From an uncultured Candidatus Saccharibacteria bacterium (lineage in GTDB: Bacteria > Patescibacteriota > Saccharimonadia > Saccharimonadales > 2-12-FULL-41-12), in assembly GCA_947085855.1 (NCBI GenBank), contig CAMTYB010000001.1:277788-341787 (forward strand): DNA of 64,000 nt, in the 5' to 3' direction. The position numbers and the translations under genes were made by a program. Positions 1-8,515 of the stretch are shown here, piece by piece (within the stretch, counting starts at the first letter, position 1; the number at the start of each line of letters is the position of its first letter). The notes under the pieces were generated by a model, which did not search any database, had not been told where the DNA came from, and saw only the letters and a list, made by a program, of their open reading frames with translations.

Positions 1-681
1 CACCCTGAGTACGTCCTAGAAAATAGTGTCCTGCAAATCCTCAACCAAAAACTACAACTGCGCGCCGAACGTCAGCCCCTCGCGTATATCCGTGACTTTA
101 AAGAATTCTATGGCCGCAACTTTGTGGTTGATAAGCGCGTTTTGATACCCAGACCAGAATCAGAAAGCTTCATTGAGCTATTACGTAAGCTCACCTGTCC
201 TAATCGTATAGCCGACATTGGCACCGGTTCTGGCTGCCTGGGCATTACAGCAGCGCTGGAACTACCAAGCAGTCATGTGGACCTGATCGATAACGACCTG
301 TCTGCTCTGGAAGTTGCTCAGGCCAATCAAACTGCCCTACACGCCACAAATACAACTATCCTTACCTCTGACTTACTGAACAATCTACCTACCACGGCAT
401 ACGATGTTTTGTTGGCAAATTTGCCGTACGTACCAGATGACATGGTCACCAGCCCAGAAATCACTCGCGAGCCCGCCCAGGCCTTATTCGCTGGAGATGA
501 TGGCCTCGATGATTACCGCATTTTTTGGACACAAGTGGACAGTCTCAAACAAAAGCCTCGCTTTATACTTACCGAGTCGCTCGAAGATCAGCATGATGAC
601 ATGAAAGCCTTAGCCACTCAGGCTGGATATTCGCACAAAGACACCGACCTACTCGTCCAATGTTTTTTATTGAATTATTAG
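1..681 (+). CDS. prmC: Peptide chain release factor N5-glutamine methyltransferase (PrmC/HemK), 5'-truncated by the window edge
   Basis: Frame 1 is open from nt 1 (HPEYVLENS...PLAYIRDFKEFYGRNFVVDKRVLIPRPESE). It has the SAM-binding motif IADIGTGSGCLGI and a catalytic motif NLPY, a variant of NPPY. Confidence 0.85.
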   Translation, partial: HPEYVLENSVLQILNQKLQLRAERQPLAYIRDFKEFYGRNFVVDKRVLIPRPESESFIELLRKLTCPNRIADIGTGSGCLGITAALELPSSHVDLIDNDLSALEVAQANQTALHATNTTILTSDLLNNLPTTAYDVLLANLPYVPDDMVTSPEITREPAQALFAGDDGLDDYRIFWTQVDSLKQKPRFILTESLEDQHDDMKALATQAGYSHKDTDLLVQCFLLNY

Positions 682-696
682 GTTGTAGCTGTTCTA

Positions 697-1275
697 TCAA
701 TACCTGTGTTCGCACTTTTCAGAATTACCCAATCCAAACTTCTTGCGCCGATCTTCGAGACGCTCGCTGTCAATTATTGGGAATTTGTGCGCTATTCCAT
801 CACCGTCCATATATCCTTGCGTCCCATAAAGTTGCTTTGCAGTCTGAGACCAACCGCTCTTTTGAATCATTAGCCGATCAACAAGATAAGGAATTCCCTG
901 ATAAAATACCTGGTACTTATCCTTGCGATAAAGATACTTCATTTTACTCAGCACGGTTTTTCCCATATCTACATAGTCGACATTATGCAAGGCTATTAGC
1001 CAGATCGCTCTAGAGCCATCAAGTCCAATATTGCGCACACTCGGGGAACCAATTTCTCCTAAGAGAGTGAGCGCCTCTCTAGCACGAGCCGAATCAGACT
1101 CTGCCAATCGCAAATAGTCAGCTTTGGTGGCACAGTCATCAATAATCCATTTTTGTTTTCTGTCTGTTTGATCGGACTTCATTAACTCCAGAAGTCGTTT
1201 GCGCACCAAAGGATGCTCCACTTTCTCAACCAACGGCAGTTGACTTTCGACTAAGTCAACGGTACAGCAATACAT
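697..1275 (-). CDS. Hypothetical protein (192 aa), no recognisable motif
   Basis: Long ORF that fits tightly between neighbouring genes. I recognise no family signature. Confidence 0.5.
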   Translation of the reverse strand: MYCCTVDLVESQLPLVEKVEHPLVRKRLLELMKSDQTDRKQKWIIDDCATKADYLRLAESDSARAREALTLLGEIGSPSVRNIGLDGSRAIWLIALHNVDYVDMGKTVLSKMKYLYRKDKYQVFYQGIPYLVDRLMIQKSGWSQTAKQLYGTQGYMDGDGIAHKFPIIDSERLEDRRKKFGLGNSEKCEHRY

Positions 1276-1287
1276 GATGTAGATAAA

Positions 1288-2541
1288 TTAGCTTTGCGGT
1301 ACGGCTTCGAGTGTAGCGTTGATGGTCTGATCTTTGCCGTCACGAACAATGGTTAGTTTGACCGTGTCGCCGACTTTATGTCGCCCTAGGATCGAAATCA
1401 GACTGTTTTTTTCATCGATGGTGTCATTGTCGACTTTGGTGATAATATCACCGTCTTTCAGGCCGGCCTTGTCGGCAGGACTACCCGGTACAACAGCCGC
1501 CTGACCGCCAGAAGCAGTTATAAAGGCGCCCCGCTTAGTGCTCAAATTATTCTGATAAGCTACATCGTCGTTAAGTGTTATGTAGCGGACGCCAAGATAC
1601 GGTCGAACCAGCTTACCTTCTTGTAGCACACCAGTAACAAGGCCTTTAACATCGTTAATCGGTATAGAGAAGCCTATGTTTTCAGCATCACCGGCTACGG
1701 CGGTGTTGATGCCAATTACTTCACCATTCACATTAACCAGCGGGCCGCCGGAGTTGCCTTCGTTAATTGCAGCATCGGTTTGAAATAGGTTCTGTAGCGT
1801 TTCGCTGCCAGAACTGTCTCCAGCTTCTACACTCCGACCATAGCCCGAAATTACACCGGTAGTAACCGTGTTCTGGAACTGACCGAGGGCGTTACCGATG
1901 GCGATGACGCGCTCACCAACTTGCATCTTGGAAGAGTCGCCCAACTTAGCTGCTTTCAACTCTTTACCCTTCTTGTCTTTGACTTTCAAGAAGGCTACGT
2001 CGAGCGGATCACTATCGTTGGTACGGCCAATCACCTCAACATTATCGAGCTCAGTACCGTCAGACAAAGTAATGCTCACCGAGCTAGCACTCGCTGGGAT
2101 AACATGGCGATTAGTAATGATGATGCCATTACTATCAATGATAATACCGGTACCCGCACTGGATTGCTGGGCAGAGCGTGAGCCAAGCATACTATTGGTG
2201 GTCACTTGGCTCGTTACTTCGACAGAAACCACGCTTTGGCCAACATCTTTAGCAATCGAAGTTATTAAGTTGCTTTCGTTATCAATTGTTTGTCGCTGGA
2301 CATCGGCACTTTGTCGACTATCTTTACTCGCCTGGTCACCAAAATAGCCACCAACGAATCCAAAACTCACACTCAAAACAACCAATAAAATGATGGCCGC
2401 CATACGCTCGCGTGCCCTGTTGTCTGGTCGCGGTTTGCTTGGTACTGGCTTCAAGACAGGCTTTGCAACCGGTGTAGTTGCCTGTGTCTCACTGGCTACA
2501 GGTTTAGTCTTGTGTTCGTGTTCGTTTTCGTTCATACCCAC
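1288..2541 (-). CDS. htrA: HtrA/DegP-family trypsin-like serine protease with C-terminal PDZ domain and N-terminal membrane anchor
   Basis: Catalytic-triad contexts TNRHV, D and GNSGGPLVN. PDZ-like C-terminus (GSPADKAGLKDGDIITKVD). N-terminal TM segment AAIILLVVLSVSFGFVGGYF. Confidence 0.88.
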   Translation of the reverse strand: MGMNENEHEHKTKPVASETQATTPVAKPVLKPVPSKPRPDNRARERMAAIILLVVLSVSFGFVGGYFGDQASKDSRQSADVQRQTIDNESNLITSIAKDVGQSVVSVEVTSQVTTNSMLGSRSAQQSSAGTGIIIDSNGIIITNRHVIPASASSVSITLSDGTELDNVEVIGRTNDSDPLDVAFLKVKDKKGKELKAAKLGDSSKMQVGERVIAIGNALGQFQNTVTTGVISGYGRSVEAGDSSGSETLQNLFQTDAAINEGNSGGPLVNVNGEVIGINTAVAGDAENIGFSIPINDVKGLVTGVLQEGKLVRPYLGVRYITLNDDVAYQNNLSTKRGAFITASGGQAAVVPGSPADKAGLKDGDIITKVDNDTIDEKNSLISILGRHKVGDTVKLTIVRDGKDQTINATLEAVPQS

Positions 2542-2560
2542 ATATTCCTTATGTTTTCAA

Positions 2561-3331
2561 TTATAGACTACTGCCCCACTCCGATAGAAGGAGAATAATA
2601 ACGACGGCACCTATCATAATAAATACTATCTCTCGCTGAATTAAAGCTGAGAGTTTGTCGGTTTCAGTTAAGTAATACAGTGAGGCCAGACCGTAGCCGA
2701 TAATAGTAAGCAACAAGGCGACTTGAGCAATCGGGCCGTAAAACAGCAGCCAATGCCCGAGTACCCACGTCAGCGAAGCACCAAATAAGGCCCAAAAATA
2801 GCTGTAGGCGCTGTAGTGTTCTTCTTCGAAACTATTAAAGAAGTGCCGGGCGGAAAAGTACAAAATGAGACCGACTGTAATGATATAGATTGCGAGCGGT
2901 GCTTCTGGAAACGCAACAAAGAGCGCCACCAACCCGGCTAGCTGAGCTATAAAGGCTTGCAGCGAAACTTTGAGGGCACTTTCGCCCGGCTTGATAAACA
3001 ATATCCAGACTTCATAGACAATAGCCCAGAGTAACTGCAGACTCATAGCTGAGGTTGAGGTCATAAAGGCCAGGATTGAAAGACTAAAGATAAAATCGAC
3101 GGCATTGGTGCGCAAATGTGCCAGCCAGTGGTGCGGCCGAACCGCAAAAATACGCCATTTGCTGAGCAAGACGACAATCAGCGCCAGTGTTACGAGATCA
3201 AGTCGAACCAGCACAAAGATAATTGGTGGCAAAAATGCCACGAGGCCCAAATGGAAAAAATGAGCAAACCCTTGTTTGGGCCGAATTTTATCCCTGAGCC
3301 GCCTATTGCGAGCGAGTAGTTGCTTGGTCAC
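2561..3331 (-). CDS. Polytopic integral membrane protein, unknown function (256 aa, about 8 TM segments)
   Basis: The ORF is hydrophobic throughout. It overlaps the upstream LCP gene by 29 nt, an operon-like arrangement. Confidence 0.6.
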   Translation of the reverse strand: MTKQLLARNRRLRDKIRPKQGFAHFFHLGLVAFLPPIIFVLVRLDLVTLALIVVLLSKWRIFAVRPHHWLAHLRTNAVDFIFSLSILAFMTSTSAMSLQLLWAIVYEVWILFIKPGESALKVSLQAFIAQLAGLVALFVAFPEAPLAIYIITVGLILYFSARHFFNSFEEEHYSAYSYFWALFGASLTWVLGHWLLFYGPIAQVALLLTIIGYGLASLYYLTETDKLSALIQREIVFIMIGAVVIILLLSEWGSSL

Positions 3332-5021
3332 TGCCCAGTATTATAACAAAGTCGGCCGTACCTGCCTCAATAGTTGGGTCAGGTAATAAGCCGATGCTTT
3401 TTGTGTTAAAGCGCTTCTCGAGATAACTCTGAGTATACTTCTTGCTGCCACTCCGTAAATCAATGATGGTTGTCTTGTCGTATTCTTTAGTTGGCGCATT
3501 AGAAACAGCTGTAATGTTGTAGCCAAATGACTTCAGTTCGTCGGCCTTGGTTGTTGCCAAACCTGGCGACTCGGTACCATTTAAGACCATGATGCTGGCA
3601 TTTTCATTTTTGATAAAGCTGTCTTTGAGCGCATTGCGTAGATAGCCCTGGATTTCACCGAAATTGCCAACCCCAGCGCGCGGAACCACCACTGACTGGC
3701 CACCGATCATATCTGTTACTACATAGTTATTTGGCGGATCTGCCAAGCCGATTGATACAATCTTAGACTGCGGCACATCTTTACCGAGCTGGTATAGACG
3801 ACTCAAGTCTTGGCTGCTGAAGTTAGTTTGAACTCGATCGCCCATGGTATCGAGCAAGCTCGAGATCTTAGCTGGATTTGAGAACGTGCCGGCTGACATG
3901 ATCTTTTCTTTGAGGGCAATAATTATTAATCGCTGACGTTCGGCCCGGTCAAAGTCTCCACGAGCACTCGTGTAACGAGAACGTGAATATGCCAGGGCTT
4001 TGAAGCCATCCATTTGCTGCACGCCTGGCTTTACATCGAGACGATAGTTTTGCCCGTTAATGCGCATGTTTTCAGTCACTGCCGCCGGTACATTGACTGT
4101 AACACCACCGACGATGTTAACTGCTTGCTCAAAGCCTTTGAAATCAATAATGGTGCGATAGTGAATTGGCAGTCCAAAGGTTTCCTCGACCGTCTTTTCC
4201 AGCAAGGTAAAGCCGGCTTCTTCGGCCTGCTTCTTGACCTGATCAGTCTGGCGAGAATTCTTGTTGAGCTCAGCCTGTTTACCGGTAGCAAAAACAGCGT
4301 TAATTTTCATCTGACCTGCATCGTCAACTGGCACATAAAAGTCACGCGGAATACTTACCAGTGACGCCTCTTTGGCTACCGGATCAATACTGGCAATAAT
4401 AATAGTATCAGTTAGGTCGGCGCCTTCATGGCCTTCTCCACCTCGACCAAGTAATAGCACGTTTACACGGCCATCACCTTCGCCTTTTAGTTTAGAGGGG
4501 TCAACGTTGGTATCAAATGCCACCGCACCACCGCCACCCTTCAAGACCTTATTCACGTTTATATAGCCCTTGAAAGCCAAGAAACCTCCGGTCAATAAAA
4601 CAATCGCCAGTAAAACTAGGAAAGCCGTGATGGCTTTGCGTTTACGAGACCAGGCACGCTTTTTACTATCCGGACCAACTGGTTTCTTGCGTCCTAAACC
4701 AAAAAAACCGCGCTTAAAGCGCTGCGGCTGCTTTGTAATAAGTAACGGCTCATCTGTGGCACTTGTGGCCGCAAATGGCCGGCCACGTTTAACTGCAGCC
4801 GCCGATAGCGGCCGTTGGCGATTCGTCGAGCGAAAACCCTCAGCTCTTTTAAAGTTATCGAGCATGACAGGACTTTTAACAGACTTATCTGAGCGTAAGC
4901 TGGGAGTACTGAGATTGGCTGTCGACCGACTGCCAGTGCGGCGTGGCTGAACAAAGCCATCCATTGACCTGCGTGGACCCCCTGGGCGCTTATGTGACTG
5001 TTTGTTTCTAAGTTCATCCAT
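3303..5021 (-). CDS. LytR-CpsA-Psr (LCP) family cell-envelope phosphotransferase with basic N-terminal tail and TM anchor
   Basis: LCP core VNVLLLGRGGEGHEGADLTDTIIIASIDPVAKEASLVSIPRDFYVPV, followed by a LytR_C-like C-terminal domain. TM segment AITAFLVLLAIVLLTGGFLAF. Confidence 0.82.
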   Translation of the reverse strand: MDELRNKQSHKRPGGPRRSMDGFVQPRRTGSRSTANLSTPSLRSDKSVKSPVMLDNFKRAEGFRSTNRQRPLSAAAVKRGRPFAATSATDEPLLITKQPQRFKRGFFGLGRKKPVGPDSKKRAWSRKRKAITAFLVLLAIVLLTGGFLAFKGYINVNKVLKGGGGAVAFDTNVDPSKLKGEGDGRVNVLLLGRGGEGHEGADLTDTIIIASIDPVAKEASLVSIPRDFYVPVDDAGQMKINAVFATGKQAELNKNSRQTDQVKKQAEEAGFTLLEKTVEETFGLPIHYRTIIDFKGFEQAVNIVGGVTVNVPAAVTENMRINGQNYRLDVKPGVQQMDGFKALAYSRSRYTSARGDFDRAERQRLIIIALKEKIMSAGTFSNPAKISSLLDTMGDRVQTNFSSQDLSRLYQLGKDVPQSKIVSIGLADPPNNYVVTDMIGGQSVVVPRAGVGNFGEIQGYLRNALKDSFIKNENASIMVLNGTESPGLATTKADELKSFGYNITAVSNAPTKEYDKTTIIDLRSGSKKYTQSYLEKRFNTKSIGLLPDPTIEAGTADFVIILGSDQATTRSQ

Positions 5022-5163
5022 ATATATGTAATAAAAACTGGCTTACATAAAGTAAGCCTAATGTAAACTCACAGACTGTTAGTATACCCGGTTTAGACCC
5101 CATTCGTAAATGTCATAACCAATTTACCGCAAAGCTATATTATGTGATAAGCTCTTGTAAGTA

Positions 5164-5805
5164 ATGGATGAATCATTCTTAGGAAAAATCCGCTCCGGCA
5201 ACTGGCGCGACGTGGCCTCAACGCTCGGAATTCTGATTATGGCACCTCTGGTGGCCTTGTTCTTGACTGCATTCGTTTTTCAGTCATATCAAGTTGACGG
5301 CCCCAGCATGGAAACCACACTCCAAGACCGAGATCGCCTGATCGTCAGCAAAACTGGCCGTACGTGGTCCAAGATTACCCGCAAGCCATATATACCAAAA
5401 CGTTATGAAATTATTGTCTTTAATCAAACTGCTGAATTTGGACAAACCGAAGCAACTGAGCGCCAACTTATTAAGCGAGTTATTGGGCTACCAGGTGATC
5501 GCGTTGTCGTCAAAGGTGGCGAGGTGACTATATATAATAATGAACGCCCGAACGGATTTGCCGTTGATAAAGAAGGCCCGGAAGCCAAAGCTATCACCAC
5601 GACTGAAGCCGTGGGCGGTAACTCGGACGACAATGAAGAGAGCATGATCGATGAAACCGTCAAACCGGGTTACCTTTACGTTATGGGTGATAACCGACCC
5701 AACTCACTCGACTCACGAACCTTTGGTGCTATCCGCTCTCAGGACGTCGTCGGCAAACTCAGCTTACGACTTTATCCATTCGACAAATTCGAACACTTCC
5801 AGTAA
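5164..5805 (+). CDS. lepB: Signal peptidase I
   Basis: Motifs GPSMETTL (catalytic Ser), IKRVIGLPGDRV (catalytic Lys box) and GDNRPNSLDSR. Confidence 0.88.
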   Translation: MDESFLGKIRSGNWRDVASTLGILIMAPLVALFLTAFVFQSYQVDGPSMETTLQDRDRLIVSKTGRTWSKITRKPYIPKRYEIIVFNQTAEFGQTEATERQLIKRVIGLPGDRVVVKGGEVTIYNNERPNGFAVDKEGPEAKAITTTEAVGGNSDDNEESMIDETVKPGYLYVMGDNRPNSLDSRTFGAIRSQDVVGKLSLRLYPFDKFEHFQ

Positions 5806-6687
5806 CTAGTCCTGTGGCGATTGTTTCTGTAGCAAATCTACAAAATGCTCTAGCTGCTCTTGCGTCTTAAAGCTCAGTGCAATTCGTCCACCCTTACCTT
5901 TTTCAGCCACACTGATTTTGAAACCCCATTTTGTACTCAGTCGATTACTAAGCTGCTCGTTAACCTTGGTTTTGGCAGCTAGCTTATTTTGTTTTTTAGA
6001 CGATTGAGCTAGTTTTGTTTCCGCGGCGTATTGCTCGGCTCGACGAACAGACCAACCGTGTTGTTCAATGTTATCCAGCAAGTCTTGCTGATCATCAATA
6101 TTCTTCAATGCCAGGATTGATCGAGCGTGACCTTCGCTAATTCTACCCTCTACCAGCGCGTTGCGCGCAAAATCTGGTAACTGCACCAAACGAGCACTAT
6201 TAATGATAGTGGTGTTAGCTTTGCCAAGTCGCTTAGCAATTTCTTCGTAACTAATATTGAACTGCTCATGGAGGCGCACAATTGAAATTGCCTGTTCCAA
6301 AGGATTTAAATCGACACGCTGAACGTTTTCAACTAACCCAATCTCTAGTCGCTCAAGTTCTTCGAGGCTGCGTACCAGCACCGGCACCCGGTCGAGGCCA
6401 GCTTTCTGGGCAGCACGGAAGCGACGCTCACCGGCTACAATGGTATATGCTCCGGCTTTACCGGTTACTACGAGCGGCTGCAAAATGCCGTGCCGCTTAA
6501 TCGACTCAGCTAATCCATTGAGCAAGTCTTCATCAAATGCTCGACGCGGCTGATTTGGGTCAGCACTAATCTCTGTCACTAAAACTTTTTGAATTCGATC
6601 ATGCTTGTCGAGTAGCATTGATTGATCAAAATCATCAGGCAGCAAGCTGCCGAAACCTTTACCAAGACCTTTATTACTGTTGGACAT
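5806..6687 (-). CDS. parB: Chromosome partitioning protein ParB
   Basis: ParB box GERRFRAA plus an HTH region. Overlaps parA by 14 nt. Confidence 0.9.
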   Translation of the reverse strand: MSNSNKGLGKGFGSLLPDDFDQSMLLDKHDRIQKVLVTEISADPNQPRRAFDEDLLNGLAESIKRHGILQPLVVTGKAGAYTIVAGERRFRAAQKAGLDRVPVLVRSLEELERLEIGLVENVQRVDLNPLEQAISIVRLHEQFNISYEEIAKRLGKANTTIINSARLVQLPDFARNALVEGRISEGHARSILALKNIDDQQDLLDNIEQHGWSVRRAEQYAAETKLAQSSKKQNKLAAKTKVNEQLSNRLSTKWGFKISVAEKGKGGRIALSFKTQEQLEHFVDLLQKQSPQD

Positions 6688-7456
6688 GGGTAGTAATCTC
6701 CTTCGCTAAACTCTTATACGCCCGCGCCCCTTTACTCCATTTGTCGTGCTCCGAAATCGGCCGACCATAGCTTGGCGCTTCGGCTAATCGAACATTACGA
6801 GGAATAACAGTCTTAAATAATTTGTCACCGAAGTGCTTCTGCACCTCTGCATAGACGTGCTCGGCCAACGTCGTTCGCTTGTCGAACATAGTCATAAACA
6901 CCCCTAGTAACTCAAGGTCAGGATTATAGCTACCCCGTACCTGCTGCATAACTTGCAGAAGTTGACTGAGTCCTTCCAGAGCATAGTATTCAGCTTGGAC
7001 CGGTATTAATACGTAGTCAGCTGCTGTTAAAGCATTAATAGTCAATAACCCTAACGCCGGTGGGCAGTCTATTATTATATAGTCATAATCTTGGATTGGC
7101 TGCAGCGCTTCGCGCAAGACGTGCTCTCGTTTTGGTCGATCTGCCAAGTCAATTTCGGCACTGGCTAAGCGTGCATCGGTTGGCGCCACAAAGACATTTT
7201 CGGCACTCGTCTTAGAGACTATAGATGATAGGTCGACACCCGAAACTAGTACGTCGCACAATGTTGTATCAAGACTTGTTTTATTGAGGCCAAGACCGCT
7301 GGTGGCATTTCCTTGTGGATCTGCATCAACTACAAGTACTTTTTTCTTTTGCTTGGCCAGATAGGCAGCAATATTAATAGCCGACGTTGTCTTACCAACG
7401 CCACCCTTCTGGTTCAGTACCGCTATTACATATCTTTGTTTCACCACTGGCCCCAA
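6674..7456 (-). CDS. parA: Chromosome partitioning ATPase ParA/Soj
   Basis: Deviant Walker A NQKGGVGKTT, with collinear similarity to the Soj/ParA family. Confidence 0.9.
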   Translation of the reverse strand: MGPVVKQRYVIAVLNQKGGVGKTTSAINIAAYLAKQKKKVLVVDADPQGNATSGLGLNKTSLDTTLCDVLVSGVDLSSIVSKTSAENVFVAPTDARLASAEIDLADRPKREHVLREALQPIQDYDYIIIDCPPALGLLTINALTAADYVLIPVQAEYYALEGLSQLLQVMQQVRGSYNPDLELLGVFMTMFDKRTTLAEHVYAEVQKHFGDKLFKTVIPRNVRLAEAPSYGRPISEHDKWSKGARAYKSLAKEITTHVQQ

Positions 7457-7539
7457 ATGCTCTGTTTTACATTTTGATCTTTTGATCGTGAAAGTATACC
7501 TCTAGCGTAACATAAAACGTCACTCAGCATAAGCAGTCT

Positions 7540-7830
7540 TGTTATAATTATCACGATTTAAGGAGTTAACTAGCCATATCTGGCTAGTTATTCTAAGTTT
7601 TCCACAAGGCTTATCGCTATAAGCCGATTCGTGGCCGTAAGGGGTAAACGGTATTCCCTATTTGCCTCGTTTGTAGCCTAACCGGGTCAACTCTAAGCTA
7701 TGATACTGCCCGCTTTGGGTCTTACGAGAACGTTCTGTCAGTCTGCTTAGACCTGGGTCTGGCATATTTGATGGGCCACATAAAAACAGACAGCAACTTG
7801 CGAAAAATTGCTGTCTGTCTTTTTTGTTTT
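7540..7830 (+). ncRNA. Candidate orphan non-coding RNA (~270 nt), class unknown, delimited by an extended -10 promoter and an intrinsic terminator
   Basis: TGtTATAAT at 7540-7548. Internal hairpins AACTAGCC/GGCTAGTT (7568-7589) and GGCTTAT/ATAAGCC (7608-7625), and a long-range GTGGCC/GGCCAC pairing (7631-7636 with 7775-7780). Terminator ACAGACAGCAA/TTGCTGTCTGT plus T-run at 7786-7830. There is no downstream plus-strand gene and no ORF with a canonical start and SD. Confidence 0.4.
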
Positions 7831-8006
7831 AACGTTTTTGTTTTTGTGGTTGCAGCTATTTTTATTTGTATAAATAAAATAGCTGTCTTAAGTATGCATC
7901 AAGACTTTTTTAAGCGCAAGAAGTTTTTTTACATTTGAGTAAAAAATATACTCAAAATTTGGAGTTCAGCTAGAATTACCCCTGTTAGTAAACTGTGTGC
8001 AGAACG

Positions 8007-8034
8007 TAAAATCCACCATGTCTGGTGGATTTTA
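8007..8034 (-). terminator. Intrinsic terminator downstream of rplU
   Basis: Hairpin ATCCACCA-tgtc-TGGTGGAT followed by TTTTA on the minus strand, about 55 nt after the rplU stop. Confidence 0.6.
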
Positions 8035-8086
8035 CTATCGAAGCTGATTAGCAGCAAGCGAGCCGTATACGTTATTGGTGCTGTGA

Positions 8087-8395
8087 CTATTTGATGCTAT
8101 TGATTTTGAGTGTAGTCAGGCGCTGACGATGCCCGCGGACAGTATGCACGCGCTTTTTGGCTTTGTAGCGAATTGACGTTACTTTGTCTTGTTGCACGTC
8201 GGCTTCGACGATTGTGGCGGTGACTGCTGCGCCACTCACGGTTGGTGTGCCGACTGTACTTTTTTTGCCGTCGATTACAAGCAGTGGCTCAAAGCTCAAA
8301 CTTTTTTTGGCGTCTTTAATAAGTTCAACGTCAATTGTTTCACCTTCTGATACCAAATACTGGTGTCCGTTAACAGCAATAACTGCTTTTTTCAT
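8087..8395 (-). CDS. rplU: 50S ribosomal protein L21
   Basis: 102-aa sequence typical of L21 (AVIAVNGHQYLVSEGETIDVE...RYKAKKRVHTVRGHRQRLT). No rpmA lies adjacent. Confidence 0.9.
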   Translation of the reverse strand: MKKAVIAVNGHQYLVSEGETIDVELIKDAKKSLSFEPLLVIDGKKSTVGTPTVSGAAVTATIVEADVQQDKVTSIRYKAKKRVHTVRGHRQRLTTLKINSIK

Positions 8396-8515
8396 ACCTG
8401 TTACTTTTCCTTACGTACTTCTTGGGTGAATCTATTAAAAAATATTGTAGCTCAATGGATCATAACAGATTGAGAGCACTCTGTCAAAGCGCTTAGACGA
8501 CGCTCTGAGAACTCT

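Noticed and set aside
7771-7947. A 58-codon ORF encoding a hydrophobic, Lys-rich-tailed peptide (MGHIKTDSNLRKIAVCLFCFNVFVFVVAAIFICI...), considered as a type I toxin-like small protein.
   Set aside because: It has no SD, it reads straight through the terminator hairpin and the AT-rich spacer (where Phe/Ile/Lys codons arise by composition), and it is below any reasonable coding-evidence threshold. I keep it only as an alternative reading of the candidate ncRNA locus.
7456-8087. Possible oriC or parS next to parA: an AT-rich 630-bp spacer, one TTTTCCACA, several weaker DnaA-box-like 9-mers, and TGTTTCAC half-sites.
   Set aside because: There is only one 8/9 DnaA-box match and no clustered array. 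No full parS palindrome (TGTTTCACGTGAAACA) is present, and dnaA/dnaN are not nearby. This cannot be decided without a genome-wide GC skew analysis.
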